Assembly (NCBI RefSeq): GCF_009914755.1
Contig: NC_060933.1
Strand: one strand, 5' to 3'
DNA length: 64,000 nucleotides
DNA from: the human T2T-CHM13v2.0 reference genome, Homo sapiens
Part shown: piece by piece, positions 13,232 through 29,388 of the stretch
How positions within the stretch are numbered: position 1 is the first letter of the stretch
Layout of the letters: every line of letters starts with the position of its first letter
Translations under genes and position numbers: made by a program
The notes under the pieces: model-generated
Database searches by the model: none
Told to the model about the DNA's origin: nothing
What the model saw: the letters and a program-made list of their open reading frames with translations, nothing else

Positions 13232-13309
13232 AGCTGGAAGCAATATAATGGACCAACAATAGGGGACTATGTGACAGAAGCTGTTTTTGTAGAGGAACAC
13301 ACTTACGGG

Positions 13310-13530
13310 AAGTAGTGTAGAGTCTGAGGTTTTGAGGTGAGCAGATGTGGAGGTCTGAGTCCAGTTCTATCCTTTCTAGTGGTGTGATCATAAGCAAGTG
13401 ACTTATCCTCTTTGAGCCTCAATTTCTTCATCTATAAAATGGGGATACCCACCTCATAGTCTTGTGAGGGCTAAACTGTGCCTGGTACACAGTAGGCACT
13501 CACTCAGTAGTAACGTCTATTACCATTATC
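13310..13530 (+). mobile_element. MIR
   Basis: gcaagtgactt..ctctttgagcctcaatttcttcatctataaaatgggg core. Confidence 0.8.
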
Positions 13531-14399
13531 ATAGAAAAAAAATCTGAAAGGACCTAAAGCAATAGGAATAAGAGAAAAGTAATAAAAGGTGCGTTATAAC
13601 AATTAAAGAATCTGGAAATGTTCAGAGTTTTATAAAGGTCTAATTCATTCTCAAACAATGAGCTACAGTCTCTTTGTAGCTCTGCCTCTTGGGTAATTTT
13701 TTTTATTACTTTTACTACTTTTATTTTTACAAGTTACTTGCAATTAAATGTTTTATCTTGCCAGTTCTTTTAAAAAAATTTTCAAAGTGTACAACATTTG
13801 TACTGTCTTCCGTTAAATTGCTTTTGCCCACGTGGTTTGCTCCCAAGGTTTTGAGGTGGTAGGGACTCTGAGTGAGGGCAGAAGGCACACAGGGAAAGAA
13901 AAAGGGAGCTTGGCCTCCTGCAGTCTGGAGGGACAGCCTGGGGCATCTGGGGACAGAGAGCAAGCACCCTTTCATCTGATACTTAACGCTGGGAGGAAAA
14001 AAGCAAGGTTAAACTGTGACTTTAAGCAAATCATGTTTACTTAAGTAATTCATTGTGGGTATTTTTTGAAAATGGCTTAAAACTATGTCTCTACTTAGTC
14101 ATGCAGATATTAGCAGGTAAGGAGAACTTTATTTTTAATATTAATTCAACAGACATATTGAGCATCCACCATCGGCCAGGCAGATCAAAGAATGGATCTG
14201 GGAGGGAAGTAGTGAGTGGATGAAGAGAAACACAAAAGTGAGTAAATCAAGCTAACCAGTTTCCATAAGCCTATTATCTACTTTCACATTTTTCCATATT
14301 TACCTTATATCTCTATTTCTCTTTTTATTTTCAAAATAATTTGAAAGTAATTTTCAGACATCATGATTCTTCATCCCTATATATTTCAACGGAAATCTC

Positions 14400-14790
14400 T
14401 GCTATGGATTGAATTGTGTCCCCCTCAAATTCACACGTTGAAGCCCTAACCCCAAATGTGATATTTGGACATGGGGCACTTGGGGGTAATTAGGTTTAGA
14501 TGAGGTCACAAGGGTGGAGCCCTCACAATGGGATTAGTGCCCTTGTAAGAAGAGATACCAGAGAGCTTTTGTGCTCTTTCTCTCTCTGTTGTGTGAGGAC
14601 ACAGTAAAAAGGCAAAGCTGTCTGCAAGCTGAGACTACAGCTTTCAGGAAGAGGGCCCTCACCCAAGTTCAACTATGCTGGCACCCTGACTTAGGACCTC
14701 CAGTTCCTAGAACTGTGAGAAATAAATGTATGTTGTTTAAGCCACTCAGTCTATGGTATTTTGTTATCACAGCCCAAGTAGAGTAAGATG
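14400..14790 (+). mobile_element. MaLR LTR (MLT1A-like)
   Basis: TGCTATGGATTGAATTGTGTCCCCC..gaagccctaacccc...agaactgtgagaaataaat..aagccactcagtctatggtattttgtt. Confidence 0.85.
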
Positions 14791-15849
14791 ATTGCCTAAG
14801 AGTAAGAACATATTCCTTTATTACCATCTGCTATTATTACTAAGAAAGTTAAACATAATTCTATAAAATCATCTAATATCATCTATATTCTAATGTCCCA
14901 AAAATGGGTTTTATACCTATTTTAATCTACTCTGATTTTATTGTTGTTGTTTTACTTACCTGGAATAAAACTGACCTTTGATCGCTGTTGCCAATGGCAT
15001 GTCTGTGCACCATATAGCATTTGCTTGCATTGCAGAGTCCTGTTTAAAAGAAAATCACCAGGCTCTGCCAAGCTTGACCTCTACCTTCCTGTTAAATAAC
15101 ATCAAATACCATGTCTTGAAAAAGCTGGACCCTTTCACCTCCCCTTTCTAACTGTACCTGGGAGGAGCTTAGGCTCTCTTCTTATGGACCAACTGATGTT
15201 CACTCAGGTAGGATGAAATGGGGTGCAAGAAATTAGGTTCTTCAGCCCCTTCTGCAGCTGCCAATTTTGAAATGATATCATTTGATTTGGAAAATATTAA
15301 GTGTCCACCATGTGCAGGGGCCTTTCACATGAATTATCTTACATGTTAAATACTCACAGAAACTCTGCAGAATATAGTGGGACCATAACTCCTTTTAGGG
15401 CTCTGGGTATACAAGAAATGTTATTATTCTTTATTTCCTTTAAGTCAACTTTGGACTCTTTGAGTTCTTGTTTTACCATGATTTTTTTTTTTTTTTTTTT
15501 TTTTTAGCATTCTGCTTCAGTTGTTATTGGGGTCCCCCTTCCTGTCTTCCTTCCTCCTTCCCTTTCTTTTATCCACCTACTTCCCTTAATCCCCTCTATC
15601 CCCTTTCATTCCCCTTCCATTCTGCTCTTCCCCACCTCTTCATAAGTCCCTTCTGACTCCCTCTTCCCTCTGCTCTTCCTCCTCCCACCTTCCTTTTCTC
15701 TCTGCCTTCTTAACCACACAGAGCTCCCTGTGGGTGGGGCTGTGGTCCATACTAATAACAGTAAATTCCCATTTATCGAGTGCTCACTGCATGCCAGGTG
15801 CATGGATGAGTCTAATTAGTCCTCACAGCAACCCTGTGAGAAAAGTTGA

Positions 15850-16765
15850 TTGGTTATGATGCTTTAGGCTGCAAGTAACAAAACCCAACTAACAGTGGCC
15901 TGAATCACAAGACATCTATCCTTTACTTAACATGATGGAGGAGGAGGATGCTGGCCTTATTTCAGCTGCCCAGTGGCGGCATCAAGGCCTCCAGCCTTCT
16001 GCTCTCTTCTTCTCCACTGGGCTTATTCCTGAGCATCTGCAGTATGGCAACTGAGCCCCACATCTGCACTCAAAGGCAGGAGGCAGAGTAGAGGCTATAG
16101 TTGTGCGAAACTTTCTTTTCCTGTTGTGAAAGGAAAATATCTCAGGCCCCCAGAATCACTAAGCTAAAGGGAAAATTCAAGCTGGGAACTGCTTAGGGCA
16201 AACCTGCCTCCCATTCTTTTCAAAGTTATTCCTCTGCTCACTGAGATAAATGCACATCTGATTACCTCCTTTGCAAAAGTGAATCAGAAACTCAAAAGAA
16301 TTCAACCATTTATCTCTCACCTATCTGTGACCTGGAAACCCCCTTTCCCCTTCGAGTCTTCCTGCCTTTGCTTTGAGTTGTCCCGCCTTTCCAGACTGAA
16401 CCAATGTACTTCTAACGCATATTGATTGACGTCTCATGTCTCCCTAAAATGTATAAAACCAAGCTGTGCCCCGAACACCTTGGGCACATGTTGTCAGGAC
16501 TTCCTGAGGCTGTGTCACAGGTGCACATCCTCAACCTTGGCAAAATAAACTTCCTAAATTAACTGGATTTTCTGGGACCACTCTGTGCTTATCTCTCTTT
16601 AATCTTCCCCCTCTCAACTCATTGGCCTAACATGTGTTACTTGGTCACCGCTAGCCACAGGGAGACTGGGAAACTGAGTGTTGAGCTTTTTTAGCCTCTG
16701 TAGTGGTGAGAAGAGAGAAGGGATTTGGGAATTTCCTTCGGGTGGCCACTTAACACTGTCTGCCT
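15850..16765 (-). mobile_element. MLT1-type LTR split by the MER4A LTR and itself splitting a MIR (15752-15845 / 16768-16885)
   Basis: ttaggctgcaagtaaca..aacagtggc at left and ctcattggcc..gtcac..ctagc.acagggagactgggaa at right; MIR halves on both sides. Confidence 0.65.
16125..16582 (+). mobile_element. MER4A-like ERV1 solo LTR
   Basis: TGTGAAAGGAAAATATCT..AATCACTAAGCTAAAGGGAAAA..GGGAACTGCTTAGGGCAAACCTGCCTCCC; TATAAAA and AATAAA near the 3' end; 4-bp TSD ctgt. Confidence 0.85.
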
Positions 16766-17633
16766 CATAATTGGCCCTCCTTTTACAAAAGAAAAACTGA
16801 GACTCAGAAGAGTTCTTATTCGCTCCAAGGATCAAGCTGCTAAGAAGAGCTTGAATCAACATTTCTTTGACTTCAAGTTCACAAAATTTTCAATAAGCAA
16901 TTCTTACTGACTGAGGGCATTCTATAAGGCACACAGCTCTCTTGCCACCCTTATATGTACATTTATTTATTCAAACATCTCTGAGTGCTTATTGTGTGCC
17001 AGGCCTGGGCTGAACACCAGGGGTCCAGAGATGGATGAGCAGGGCACAGTCCAGTGGGCTCGCTGATGCATTAACAGATGGTTCCAGTTCAGAGTGGTAA
17101 GTGCGCCAGGAGAGCTGGCGTGTGAGCACAGATGAAGGGTGTTAATGACTAAGCTTCCAAAACATACCTTGCCCAATGTCACCTGCTAGAGGGTGGCAGA
17201 GCAGGGACTCAGAGTGTGAGTTGTCTAATTACAAAGCTGGAACCCTGCCCCTCTTCCCTTGCACCTTCTGCCATCCACAACAGCCAGTGGAGGGAGCAAC
17301 AGTGACACCCAAGCAGGCATGGACCCCAGCTCTATGTAGGTGGCTTCTGAATGATGATGGTTCTCTTCACAGCATTCCCCAGAAGTGATGGCATGAGCTT
17401 AAAGAAAACAAAAGCAGCGCTATCTCCAGAATAATCCCCCTGCAAGCCTGTTCAAAGTGTTTTTTTTCTTAAAAACAAAACAAAACAAAACAAAACTGTT
17501 TGGTCACATCTAAGCTGGTCTCAGCAGAGTGAAGCTAGCCATCTAGATCTTCATGTCCTAGCTACTTACTTTTCTTCAATGGTGGCATTTTCCCCCTTAA
17601 CTAAGGTCACTCAGTTCCCCACTTGGCTTTACC

Positions 17634-18190
17634 TGTGGTTGGTTGTAGGCTGTAAGTGAAAGGAAATGCCAACTTCTCACAACTTGGAGAAAAACTCAGC
17701 CCAGTCATGGCTTTTCCTCCCACTGTAGAAGCTGAAAATGCCAGACACATCCCGATCTCCCTTGCACCAAGCAGAGCCGTGGCCTGGGCTCAGCCAATCA
17801 GACTCATCGCTCCTGAGCTGAATTACAAGCGAATGAAGTGGAGAAGGAGGGACCCTGCAGGATCCATTCTAGCAAGGGCGTTGGCAGCCACAGCAGCCAC
17901 AACAGTTTCCCCGAGGCGGCAGATCTGGTGGCTGCATCTGAATGGAACAGCAGAGGGCTGGCATTGTAAACTATGAGCTGCAGGTCCACAGCAGCAACAG
18001 CGGAGTCTGCACAGGGCCGGTTCTGAGCCTGCTTTCCAACATCATCCCAGCTGTATGGCCTCCAAGGCTGGTTTTAGGCTCTCTCATATACTCTGTGTGC
18101 TATCCAATATCCTACAATAAATTCCTTTCTGGTGTAAATCAGGAAAAATTAGTTTGTTGCTTGCAAACTAAGCACCCTGGCTGTTATATG
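17634..18190 (+). mobile_element. ERVL-class LTR (LTR33/LTR41-like)
   Basis: tctcccttgca..agccaatcaga...aataaattcctttctg..gttgcttgcaaactaag.accctg end motif. Confidence 0.6.
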
Positions 18191-18285
18191 CACAACTTCT
18201 GGAAGGGCACACAGACACAATCCATTACTAAAATGACTAGTCTTATTGAAAGCTTTCTACTGAGCACAAAAGATGCTGCAAACTT

Positions 18286-19975
<1,690 letters not shown>

Positions 19976-21814
19976 ACTTTCCTTTTTTCCCTGTTAGGCG
20001 GATTTTCAGTCCAGCCTCAGACTGGAACCCCTTCCTTTTCCTGACTTCCTCTTTTTCACCCTTAGCTCTTCATCCTGAAACTGTGGTTTCATCCTGTTAG
20101 TCCTTCACCTGGGGTAGGCCAAGGAACATGTTTGGTCTCTATCCTGAAGGAGCAAAGATGTGTTCCCACAACCCGGGGAAGCATCTCATAGACCTCTGGG
20201 GGAGCAGATTGTCCAGAACAGAGAACCCATGAAACAAGAAAACCTTTCTTTCTCTTTCTGTTATTCGTGGCCTCTCATAGCATTACTTAGGTGTGTTATT
20301 AGGATAATTTAAGCCCCATCCACAGACATACGCGTGGAAAGGAAGAAAGGTGTTGAATGGAGACAGAGACCCCCACCCTGCCACATGGGGGACTGTGAGG
20401 ACTGACTGCAAGGCAGGGTGAGACTCAGCCATGCCACGGCCATGCCACAGTACTACAGAGCATAGCTTTTCCAAGATCCAATCATTCATGATCGCAAGAT
20501 TTCATTTGCCTTGAAACATTAAGTTCTTCAACTTTCTCTATTATTATTATTGTTGTTTTTAAATCAGAATATTAGAATACTTTGAAAAATCACCCAGTGC
20601 GCCCTGAAAGGTATTCTAAATACCATTCTCAATAATCCCTGTGGCTCTTATCGTGGGGAATCTGAAGTTTGAAGTGACATCTCTCATCAATTCTGCCCCT
20701 GGGGATAAAGTGGGAGACTGACAGCTGATCACTTCTTGCCTTTGATAAGCCTTTCTTATTCTAATTACACCTTTCCTTAAAGTAACTTTTCCAGCTTCCC
20801 ACCCTCACCCTGCCCCTTATATCCCTGTTTAAAAGGAGCGTATTCAGATAGCTTGTGAATAATGATGCCTCAGGATGGTTTAATGGGGAAAAAGGAAACC
20901 TGTAGAGAGCCTTATCTTGAGTGAGTGTCTCAAGCATCCAAGATTATCTCCCTGTCACCCTGTGACCCATCTTCTTCATGCCACCTTTTAATTTTGGTAG
21001 CAATTACAGTGTATATGGATAATGCCCATTAGCATATTCATGGTCATCTCTTCATATTTATTGTCCGCACAACTCATTAATCTTCATCTACTTTGTGTGC
21101 TTGACAGCTCAATCTATTTTGCAATCTCTGGGAAGCAGCCATGGCCCCCCAAAGCCTTTGTTTTCCTGTAAATAAACTGTGTTGGGGACCAGGGGACAAT
21201 GATGCATCCTGTGGTGATTGACACCAGCCACGGCTACTAATCAGGATGGGACTTCATTGCCAGCTGAGTCGAGTGCATTATGGGGCCATTGTTCCAATGC
21301 TGCCAGGGCAAGAACACACACAGCCAGTCACCTTCACAAGATGGGTTGATTGTTCTTCAAGATTAGACCGAGTTGCCTTATTATCCATCCCAGACAACAA
21401 GGCATCTCACCCAAACAGACGCATTTGCAGGAACAGCCAGCACACCGGCCAGATTTGAATTGCTAATGTATAATCTGCCCGGCACAGATGTGCAATGAAT
21501 ATTTGGATGTTGTTTTGCCCGTCAGTTGAGGAGGATGAATTGATGAGGTGATGAGTATTCAATGATGGGTCCTGGATGTTGGCCAACAGCAGAGGTTGAG
21601 CACTTGCATGGATGATCATCAGATTACCCCCCAAAGTGCCTGTGCCATAATTCAGCAGCAAATTCTAGGACAGTCTAGCAGAGTGTACTTCTGGTTGGTG
21701 GAAAGTTCCCTTTCTTTTCTGGTACAATTAGATGTTTCGCTGTGTTTTTCAGGCTTAGGAAAGATATAGAAGTTGCCTTTATTGCCCTTCCCTGCCAACT
21801 CTTAAGGATATGAA

Positions 21815-22045
21815 TAATGGTTCAGGAGCTAACTACTTGGGTTTCAATTTAGCTTCAGCATTTTCTAGCTCATTTTCTTAAGTTATTTGTGCCTCTGTTT
21901 CCTCATTTGTTAAAACAGATTGAAAAATTCTACCACCCATCTAGAACTATTGTGAGGATTAAATCAGATAATGTACACAGACTAAGTGCTAGAACAGTGC
22001 CTAGTGCATAGTACATGCTGAAAAGATGTTACCTGTTACTGTATT
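21815..22045 (+). mobile_element. MIR
   Basis: gtgcctctgtttcctcatttgttaaaa..ttgtgaggattaaat..gaacagtgcctagtgcatagta. Confidence 0.75.
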
Positions 22046-22692
22046 GTTGGTCATTTGCTTTCTCTCAGTATTACTGTGGTCAAGTAGCTTGGATACACTG
22101 GAAATAAAATTAATCCATTTTCATTACCTCAGGAGAGCTCATGGCCTATAGTATGCTACTTTCCCTGGTACATTTCTGATAGAAAATGTACCTTTCCTAT
22201 AGGAATGGAAGTTTTCCTATAGTTATATAACCATGGAGCCCTTTTTCCTGAAGCATTTTTTACAGCTTATTTTCCTTGGAACATATTATAGGAAAAGCAG
22301 CTCTAGAAGGTAAACATTTACAAAGTTTTGAAAGAAAAACATGTGACTCAAGAATTTTATATATAATCAAGCTATTTATATGCAAGACAATGGGAATTAT
22401 ACAAATGCATATATTCTCTCTGAAAAAATGTTATTCAAAGATGTGTTCCATAGAAAGGGAACAATGAATCTAAGGTAGAAACCAGTGAGACCAGTTGATT
22501 GTACTGAAGTAAGTCCAAACAACTGCGGCAAATATATTATCAAACTTGAAATAAAAAAATTAAAATATTTGAAAGAAATTATTTATATTGAAATAATGGG
22601 ATAATGAAATACATCAATGAATAGCAGAAGAATGAAGAAAATCAGAAGGGAAAGCAAGTGTCCTTTTTAAGAAAAAAAAGGATGGTACAAAG

Positions 22693-22892
22693 AATATATA
22701 CACATATACACATATATATTATGTATATATGTATTACACTTGTGTGTGTAGATACATACAGTGTACACATATACAGGTGTGTATATATGTGTGTGTACAT
22801 ATATACAGGTCTGTATATATGTGTATATATATGTGTGTGTGAGTATATATGTGTGTATATATATGTGTGTGTGTATATACACACACAGGTGT
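22693..22892. repeat. Compound (TA)/(TG)/(CA) alternating purine-pyrimidine repeat
   Basis: About 200 bp of tatatgtgtg/tatacaca units. Confidence 0.9.
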
Positions 22893-23491
22893 AATAAGAG
22901 CAACCTCAGTAATCTTTAATAAAATATTAAAAACCAATACTATAAGAAAAAACACTAAATCTAAGATTTCTCTATTTATTAGACAAACCAAAAAATATTC
23001 AAAATTAAAATATGGGTAAAATATGATTATTTAACGTGAACAAAGAGAAAGTCAGGTCTGAGGATATTAGTATTGAACAATGCAGAATTATGTAAGTCAA
23101 AGAGTATTAAACTGCTAATTTCATTTCTTTATCTTCAGTGCTATGCACAGGGTAGGTCCTAAATATATATGAGTAAGATTTATTGTGGAAGTAGAAGCAA
23201 CGAGTGAAAGGTATGTGAGAAGGCATGATTTGCCTGCAAGGACCTCTTGAGGGTAAGTTTAAAAATAAATTTATTGACACACAATATTTGTACATATTGA
23301 CAGTGTAACATGACATTTTGTTGCATGCATACAATGTGTAATGATCAAGTCAGGGTATTTGGGGTATTCACCATCTTGAGTATTTACCATTTCTTGGTGT
23401 TGGGAACATTTCAGGTTATCTTCTAGCTAATTTGAAATATACAATACATTGTTGTTAACTATAATCACCCTACTCTGCTATTGAACATTAG

Positions 23492-23956
<465 letters not shown>

Positions 23957-24220
23957 TGAGAACGTATTTGTCTGTCTATGCCTGGCTTATTTCACCTAAC
24001 ATAATGACTTCCAGTTCCATCCATGTTGCTGCAAATGACAGGACTTCATGCTTTTTTATGGCTGAATAGTATGTCATTTTGAATATATACACCACATTTT
24101 CTTCATCCATTCATCTGTTAATGGACATGTTTCAAAGACTTCATATCTTTGCTATTATGGATAGTTCTGCAATAAACAAGGGGGTGCATGTATTCCTTTG
24201 ACATACTGAGTTCCTTTCCT

Positions 24221-24525
<305 letters not shown>

Positions 24526-24708
24526 CAGATTTCCTTTCCTTTGGATAAATAGCCAGTAGTGGGATTGCTGGATTGTATGGTATCTCTATTTTTATTTTTA
24601 TTATTATTTTAAAAAATCTCCATACTGTTTTCCATAATACTTGTACTAATTTATATTCCCACCAACAGTGTATGAGTTCCCTTACTCTGCATCCTCGCCG
24701 GCATCTAC

Positions 24709-25039
<331 letters not shown>

Positions 25040-26170
25040 AATTTTTTTTTTCTTTTTGTCTTTTTAGTAACAGTCATTCTAAATGAGGTAAAATGTTGAA
25101 GTGCTCAACATCACTAATGAGCTATGATTAGTGATATTGAGCGTATTTTTATATACCTGTTGGCTATTTGTATGTCTTTTGGGAAATGTCGGATTTTTTT
25201 TTTTTTTTTTTTACTGTTGAGTTGTTTGAGTTCCTTGTATATTCTGGATATTAGTCCCTTGTCAGATGAGTAGTTTCCAAATATGTTCCCCTATTTTAAC
25301 AGGTTGTCTCTTCATTCTGTTGTTTTCGTTGCTGTGCAGAAGCTTTTTAGTTTAATATAGTCCCATTTGTCTGTTTTTTGTTGTTGTTGTTGCCTACTCT
25401 TTTGATATCTTAGCTATAAAATCTTTGCCTAGACCAATGTCCTCAAGTGTTTCCCCTATGTTTTCTTCCAGTAGTTTCACAGTCTCAAGTTTTAGATTTA
25501 AGTCTTTAATCAATTTTCAGTGGATTTTGTATATGGTGAGACACAGGAGTCTAGTTTCATCCTTCTGAATAGGAATATCGAGTTTTCACAGCACCATTTA
25601 TTGAAGGGGGCGTCCTTTTCCCAATGTATGTTCTTTGTGCCTTTGTCAAAAATCAATTTGCTGTAAGTATGTGGATTTATTTCTTGGTTCTCTATTCTGT
25701 TCCACTAATCTATGTGTCTGTTTTTAATACCAATACTCAGCTGTTTTGGTTACTATAGCCCTATAATGTATTGCATTGGGGGTTGCACTGTAAGGAACTG
25801 CATTACATGTGTTGATTGCTTTGAGTAGTGTGGTCATTTCAGCAATATTAATTCTTCCAATCTATGAGCATGGAACATCTTTCCATTTGTTTGTGTCCTC
25901 TTCAATTTATTTCATCAGTGTTTTGCTGGATACATTTATTCTTAGGTATTTTATATATTTTTGGTAGCTATTGTAAATGGGATTGGATTCTTGATTTCTT
26001 TTTCTGCTAGTTCACTATGGGTATATAGAAAAACTACTGATTTTCTATGTTGATTTTACATCCTGAAAATTTACTGATTTTGTTTATCAGATCTGAGGGT
26101 TTTTTTTTTTTTTTTTGGTGGAGTCTAGGTTTTTCTACATATAAGATCACATCGTCTGCAAAGAAAAACA

Positions 26171-26312
26171 GGCCAGGCACAGTGGCTCACATCTGTAATC
26201 TCAGCACTTTGGGAGGCTGAGGGAGGACTGCTTGGGTCCAGGAGTTCGAGACCAGCCTGGGCAACATTGGGAGATCCCATCTCTACAAATTTTTTTTTAA
26301 ATTCAAAAAAAA
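26171..26312 (+). mobile_element. Alu left monomer (FLAM_C/AluJ-like)
   Basis: GGCCAGGCACAGTGGCTCAC...GGAGGACTGCTTGGGTCCAGGAGTTCGAGACCAGCCTGGGCAAC followed by an A tail. Confidence 0.85.
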
Positions 26313-26666
26313 AAGAAAACAAAGAGGGATAATTTGACTACCTCTTTTCCAATTTGGATGCCTTTTATTTCTTTCCCTTGCCTAGACTGCTCTCATTAGG
26401 ACTTCCACTGCTATGTTGAATAGAAGTGGTGAAAATGAGCATCATTGTCTTGATCCAGTTCTTAGAGGAAAGGCTTTTAGCTTTTCCTCATTTGGTATGA
26501 TGATGTCAGTTCTGAGTTTGTCATATATGGGCTTTATTATGTTGAGGTATGTTCCTTCTGCACCTAGTTTGTTGTTTTTTTCATGAGGGGTGATTAATTT
26601 TACTAAACGCTTTTTCCGCAACTATTGAGATGACCTTATGGCTTTTGTCCTTCATTCTGTTTATGT

Positions 26667-26985
26667 CAGGGGTCCCCAGACCCTGGGCCACAGACTGGTA
26701 CCCTCCTGGAACAGCAGGAGATGAGCCAGTGAGGGAGCATTACCACCTGAGCTCCACCTCCTGTCAGATCAGAGGCAGCATTAGATTCTCACAGGAGTCA
26801 GAACCCCATTGTGAACTGTGCATGTGTGGGATCTAGGTTGTGCACTCCTTATGAGAATCTAATGCCTGCTGATCTGAGGTGAAACAGCTTCATCCTGAAA
26901 CTACCCCCGACCCCCCACATACGATCCATACAAAAAACGTCTTCCACGAAACCAGTCCCTGGTGCCAAAAAGGTTGGGACCACTG
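26667..26985. mobile_element. MER1-family (MER1B-like) hAT-Charlie DNA transposon
   Basis: TIRs CAGGGGTCCCCA...TGGGACCACTG; 8-bp TSD gtttatgt/gtttacgt. Confidence 0.88.
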
Positions 26986-28473
26986 GTTTACGTGATATAT
27001 GATGTTTACTGATTTGCGTATATTGAACCATTCTTGTATCCCCGGGATACATTCCACTTGATCATGGTGGATTATCTTTTTGAAGTGCTTCTGAATATGG
27101 TTTACTAGTATTTTGTAAATGTACAAACTATTATGTGTCTATTTCATGAGGGATATTGGCCTGTAGTTTTCTTCGTTTGTTGCGTCCTTGTCCAGTTTTG
27201 GTATCAGCATAACACTGGCCTCATAGAATGAGTTAGGGAGAATTACCTCCACTTCAGTTTTTTGGAATAGCTTCAGGGGAATTATGTTAGTTCTTCTTTA
27301 TAAGTTTGGTAGAATCCAACAGTGAAGCCACTTGGTCCTGGGCTTTTCTTTGTTGGAAGACTTTTTATTACTGATTCAATCTTGTTACTTGGTCTGTTCA
27401 GGGTTTTTCTTTCTTCCTGATTCAATCTTGATAGGTTTACGTGTCTAGGAATTTATCCATTTCCTCTAGGTTTTCAAGTTTGTCAGTGTATAGCTGTTCA
27501 TAACAGTCTCTAATGTTCTTTTTTATTTCCGTGTTATCAGTTGCAATGTCTCCTTTTCATTTCTGATTTTGTCTATTTGGCTCTTCTCTCTTTTTTTTTT
27601 CTTGGTTAGTCTAGCTAGTGGCTTATCAGTTTTATCTTTTTAAAAACACCCAACGTTTCATTAATCCTTTGTATTGTATTTTTGGTCTCTATTTCATTTA
27701 ATTTTGTTCTGATATTTATTATTTCTTCTACTAATTTTGGGTTTGGTTTGTTCTTGTTTTTCTAGTTTTTTAAGGTGCATTATTAGATCGTTTATCTGAA
27801 ATCTTTCTACTTTTTTGATGTAGGTATTTATTGCTATAAACTTCCCTCTTAGTACTACTTTTGCTGTATCCCATAGGGTTTGGTATGTTGTGTTTTCATT
27901 TTCATTTGTTTCAAGAATTTTAAAAAATTTCCTTCTTAAGTTTTTCATTGACCCAGTGGGTGTTCAGAAGCATGTTTAATTTCCATGTATTTGTACAGTT
28001 TTCAAAGTACCTCTTGTAACTGATTTCTAGTTTTATTCCATTGTGGTCTGAGAAGAACTTAATATAATTTCAATTTGTAGAAATTTGTTGAGACTTGTTT
28101 TGCCTAATATATTATATATCCTGGAAAATGTTCTGTGTGCTGATGAGAATAATGTGTATTGTGGAGCTGCTGGAGAAAATGTTCTGTAAATGAGTGTTAG
28201 GTCCATTTTGTCTAAAGCACAGTTTAAATACATTATTTCTTTGTTAATTTTCCATTGATATGATCTGTCTAATGTTGAGAGTGGGGTGTTTAAGTCCCTC
28301 ACTATTATTTCATTGGCATCTATCTCTCCCTTTAGATCGAATGAATTTGCTGAATGTACCTGGGTGCTCCAGTATTGAGTGCATGTACATTTAGAATTGC
28401 TGTATCCTCTTGCTTAATTGATCCTTTTACCATTACATAATACACTCTTTGTCTCTTTTTCCTGTTTTGACTT

Positions 28474-29388
<915 letters not shown>

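Noticed and set aside
22642-22991. Tyr/Ile/His/Thr/Cys/Val-rich ORFs
   Set aside because: Translation artefacts of the TA/TG microsatellite.
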